IMG/VR virus record: IMGVR_UViG_3300044631_000268
Span: 1 to 25,609 of that record
Origin: a virus
Taxonomy: Duplodnaviria; Caudoviricetes
Length of the DNA stretch: 25,609 bases
Reading direction: 5' to 3' (one strand)
The notes beneath the pieces are model-generated. The model ran no database searches and was not told where the DNA came from. It saw only the letters and a list, made by a program, of their open reading frames with translations. Each line of letters begins with the position of its first letter. Position 1 is the stretch's first letter. Shown here one piece after another: positions 24,107 through 25,609 of the stretch. The translations under genes were made by a program, and so were the position numbers.

Positions 24107-25366
24107 TCACACTCCAGCGATCACGTCGATTGGTTCCCAATCATCATCCGCGTCGTCCGCAAAGTAAGAGGTTACGGCCAACTGGTCTATGTAGGACAAT
24201 GCATCGGGCAGGTCATCATGCACGCCCTGCGCAGGAAACAACAGCAGTTGGTCGAGGAATGTTTCCCAATCGCCGTCTTCGTTTAGCACGATGCGTCCAT
24301 GCTCGAAACGACCTTGGAGTCCCCAGATTATCCGGTCGGCCTTTTTTCGGTTGCCGTGCGTCAGGTCAACTATGTGCGAATATACATTATTCTTACGCAT
24401 TAAGTCACTCAAATACGGCAAAACCGCGTTCTTTAGTGCCCCCCGCTCGATCCCCACCGACATCGGCCGGTAATCGCGCATGGCCATCAGGATCTTCGCC
24501 GCCGTCTCCCGGATGTCCCACCGCCCGTGCCAGATGTCCTTCACCCACCACGTGCCGTCCTCGGTCACCTTTACAATCGCAATCGCCGACTCGTCTAAGC
24601 GCTTCTTGGAGTTCGCCGCCTGCTTGGCCACCTCTTCAAACCCCGCCAGATCGACCGCCACGTAGTAACTGCCGTACTGCGGCTCGTCGCTGTACTTGAT
24701 CCAGTCTTCCTTGAACACGTCCGCCCCGGCGTTGTCGAAGCTCGCCATGTATTCTTGCTTAAATGCAAACGTCGACAGCGTCTTCTTCGCCGACTCGATC
24801 TCAGTCGGGTCGATTAGCGGGTTGTCCTTGGTGGTGAAGTGCCAGCTCTTCCAGTCGTCATCGTCTTGCGTCTGCCCCAACTTGTACAAGTCGTGGAACC
24901 AGTTCCTGCCCTTGGGCGTGCCGATGAACAACCCACGCCCCTTCTTGTCCGACAACGACGCTCGAATGACCTGCTCCCACGCCTCGGGCTTAATGTCGGC
25001 CACTTCATCCAGCACGGCGTAGGTCAAGCTCACCCCGCGCAGGGTGTCGGGCCGGTCGGCGCCTCTGACATAGATCGTCGCCCCGTTGATCAGCGTGATG
25101 TCCTGGTTGTTGATGTGACTGTTGGCGATCACGTCGCGCCCTAGATCGAGCAACACGTTCCAGATAATCTGCCGCGCTTGGCCCTGGGTGGGCGCGACAT
25201 ACAGCACGGCAGAGCCGGGCGGGCAGCGCAGTCCCTCGATTAGCAAGGTGGTCGCCGCCAGTCTCGATTTACCGCACCGGCGTCCGGCCGCGACGACTTT
25301 GAAGCGCGTCGGATCGGAGAAAACCGTCTGCTGCCACGGCAGCAGTTGAAAGTTCAAGTCAGCCAT
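24107..25366 (-). CDS. terL: terminase large subunit
   Basis: Walker A AGRRCGKS, Walker B YAVLDE, IGTPKG coupling motif; nuclease acidic residues VDLAG, DES and HDDLPDA. Confidence 0.95.
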   Translation of the reverse strand: MADLNFQLLPWQQTVFSDPTRFKVVAAGRRCGKSRLAATTLLIEGLRCPPGSAVLYVAPTQGQARQIIWNVLLDLGRDVIANSHINNQDITLINGATIYVRGADRPDTLRGVSLTYAVLDEVADIKPEAWEQVIRASLSDKKGRGLFIGTPKGRNWFHDLYKLGQTQDDDDWKSWHFTTKDNPLIDPTEIESAKKTLSTFAFKQEYMASFDNAGADVFKEDWIKYSDEPQYGSYYVAVDLAGFEEVAKQAANSKKRLDESAIAIVKVTEDGTWWVKDIWHGRWDIRETAAKILMAMRDYRPMSVGIERGALKNAVLPYLSDLMRKNNVYSHIVDLTHGNRKKADRIIWGLQGRFEHGRIVLNEDGDWETFLDQLLLFPAQGVHDDLPDALSYIDQLAVTSYFADDADDDWEPIDVIAGV

Positions 25367-25609
25367 TGTTCGGTGTCTCCATCTCCAGCGTCAGCGGTTC
25401 GGGGGTGCTGGATGCGCCGATCTGAAGTGGCGTGCCGTCCATGCCTGTGATGTTGATGGTGACTGCGCTGCGCTGGCCGTTGGTCTTCTCAAACATACTG
25501 ACCGGGAGCGTGCGGTCGACGCACATCTTTAGCGCCGCCATCTGGCCTGGGTGGCCGTCCTCTAACGCAATGTCGATGATCTTTTGCACGACCGCCTTGC
25601 CGCGCCCCT
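25359..25609 (-). CDS. probable terminase small subunit, 5'-truncated
   Basis: Frame is open to the window edge and overlaps the terL start; helical core plus VTINITG beta tail. Confidence 0.65.
   Translation of the reverse strand, partial: GRGKAVVQKIIDIALEDGHPGQMAALKMCVDRTLPVSMFEKTNGQRSAVTINITGMDGTPLQIGASSTPEPLTLEMETPNNG

Noticed and set aside
24097-24699. 200-aa + strand ORF opposite terL
   Set aside because: Low-complexity Arg/Pro-rich antisense shadow of a GC-rich gene.

Overview
A 25.6-kb fragment of a tailed dsDNA phage with a podovirus-type gene set. An embedded Rz/Rz1 spanin pair indicates a Gram-negative host. The + strand (1-3965) holds the 3' part of an SNF2-like helicase followed by a tightly coupled array of small hypothetical ORFs. 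The - strand (25609 down to 3931) is one late operon: terminase small (partial) and large subunits, portal, a 937-aa collagen-containing fibre with two small partner genes, Zn-ribbon protein, scaffold, major capsid, decoration protein, a cluster of small basic proteins, adaptor/tube proteins, a second fibre, a cupin, three putative ejection proteins, and a lysis region of about 8 genes around a GH19 endolysin. Most notable: (i) the expanded lysis cassette, with an extra Cys-rich lipoprotein, a 2-TM protein and a secreted cationic mini-protein; (ii) an apparent AUU-initiated gene heading that cassette; (iii) an ejection protein with the same motif at both termini; (iv) shared gene-start and gene-end modules in the small-ORF array. 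Several real-looking ORFs shorter than 60 aa that are absent from the ORF track were read by hand. No tRNA, rRNA, CRISPR array, integrase or reverse transcriptase was seen. All product calls come from motif recognition and synteny, not database searches.
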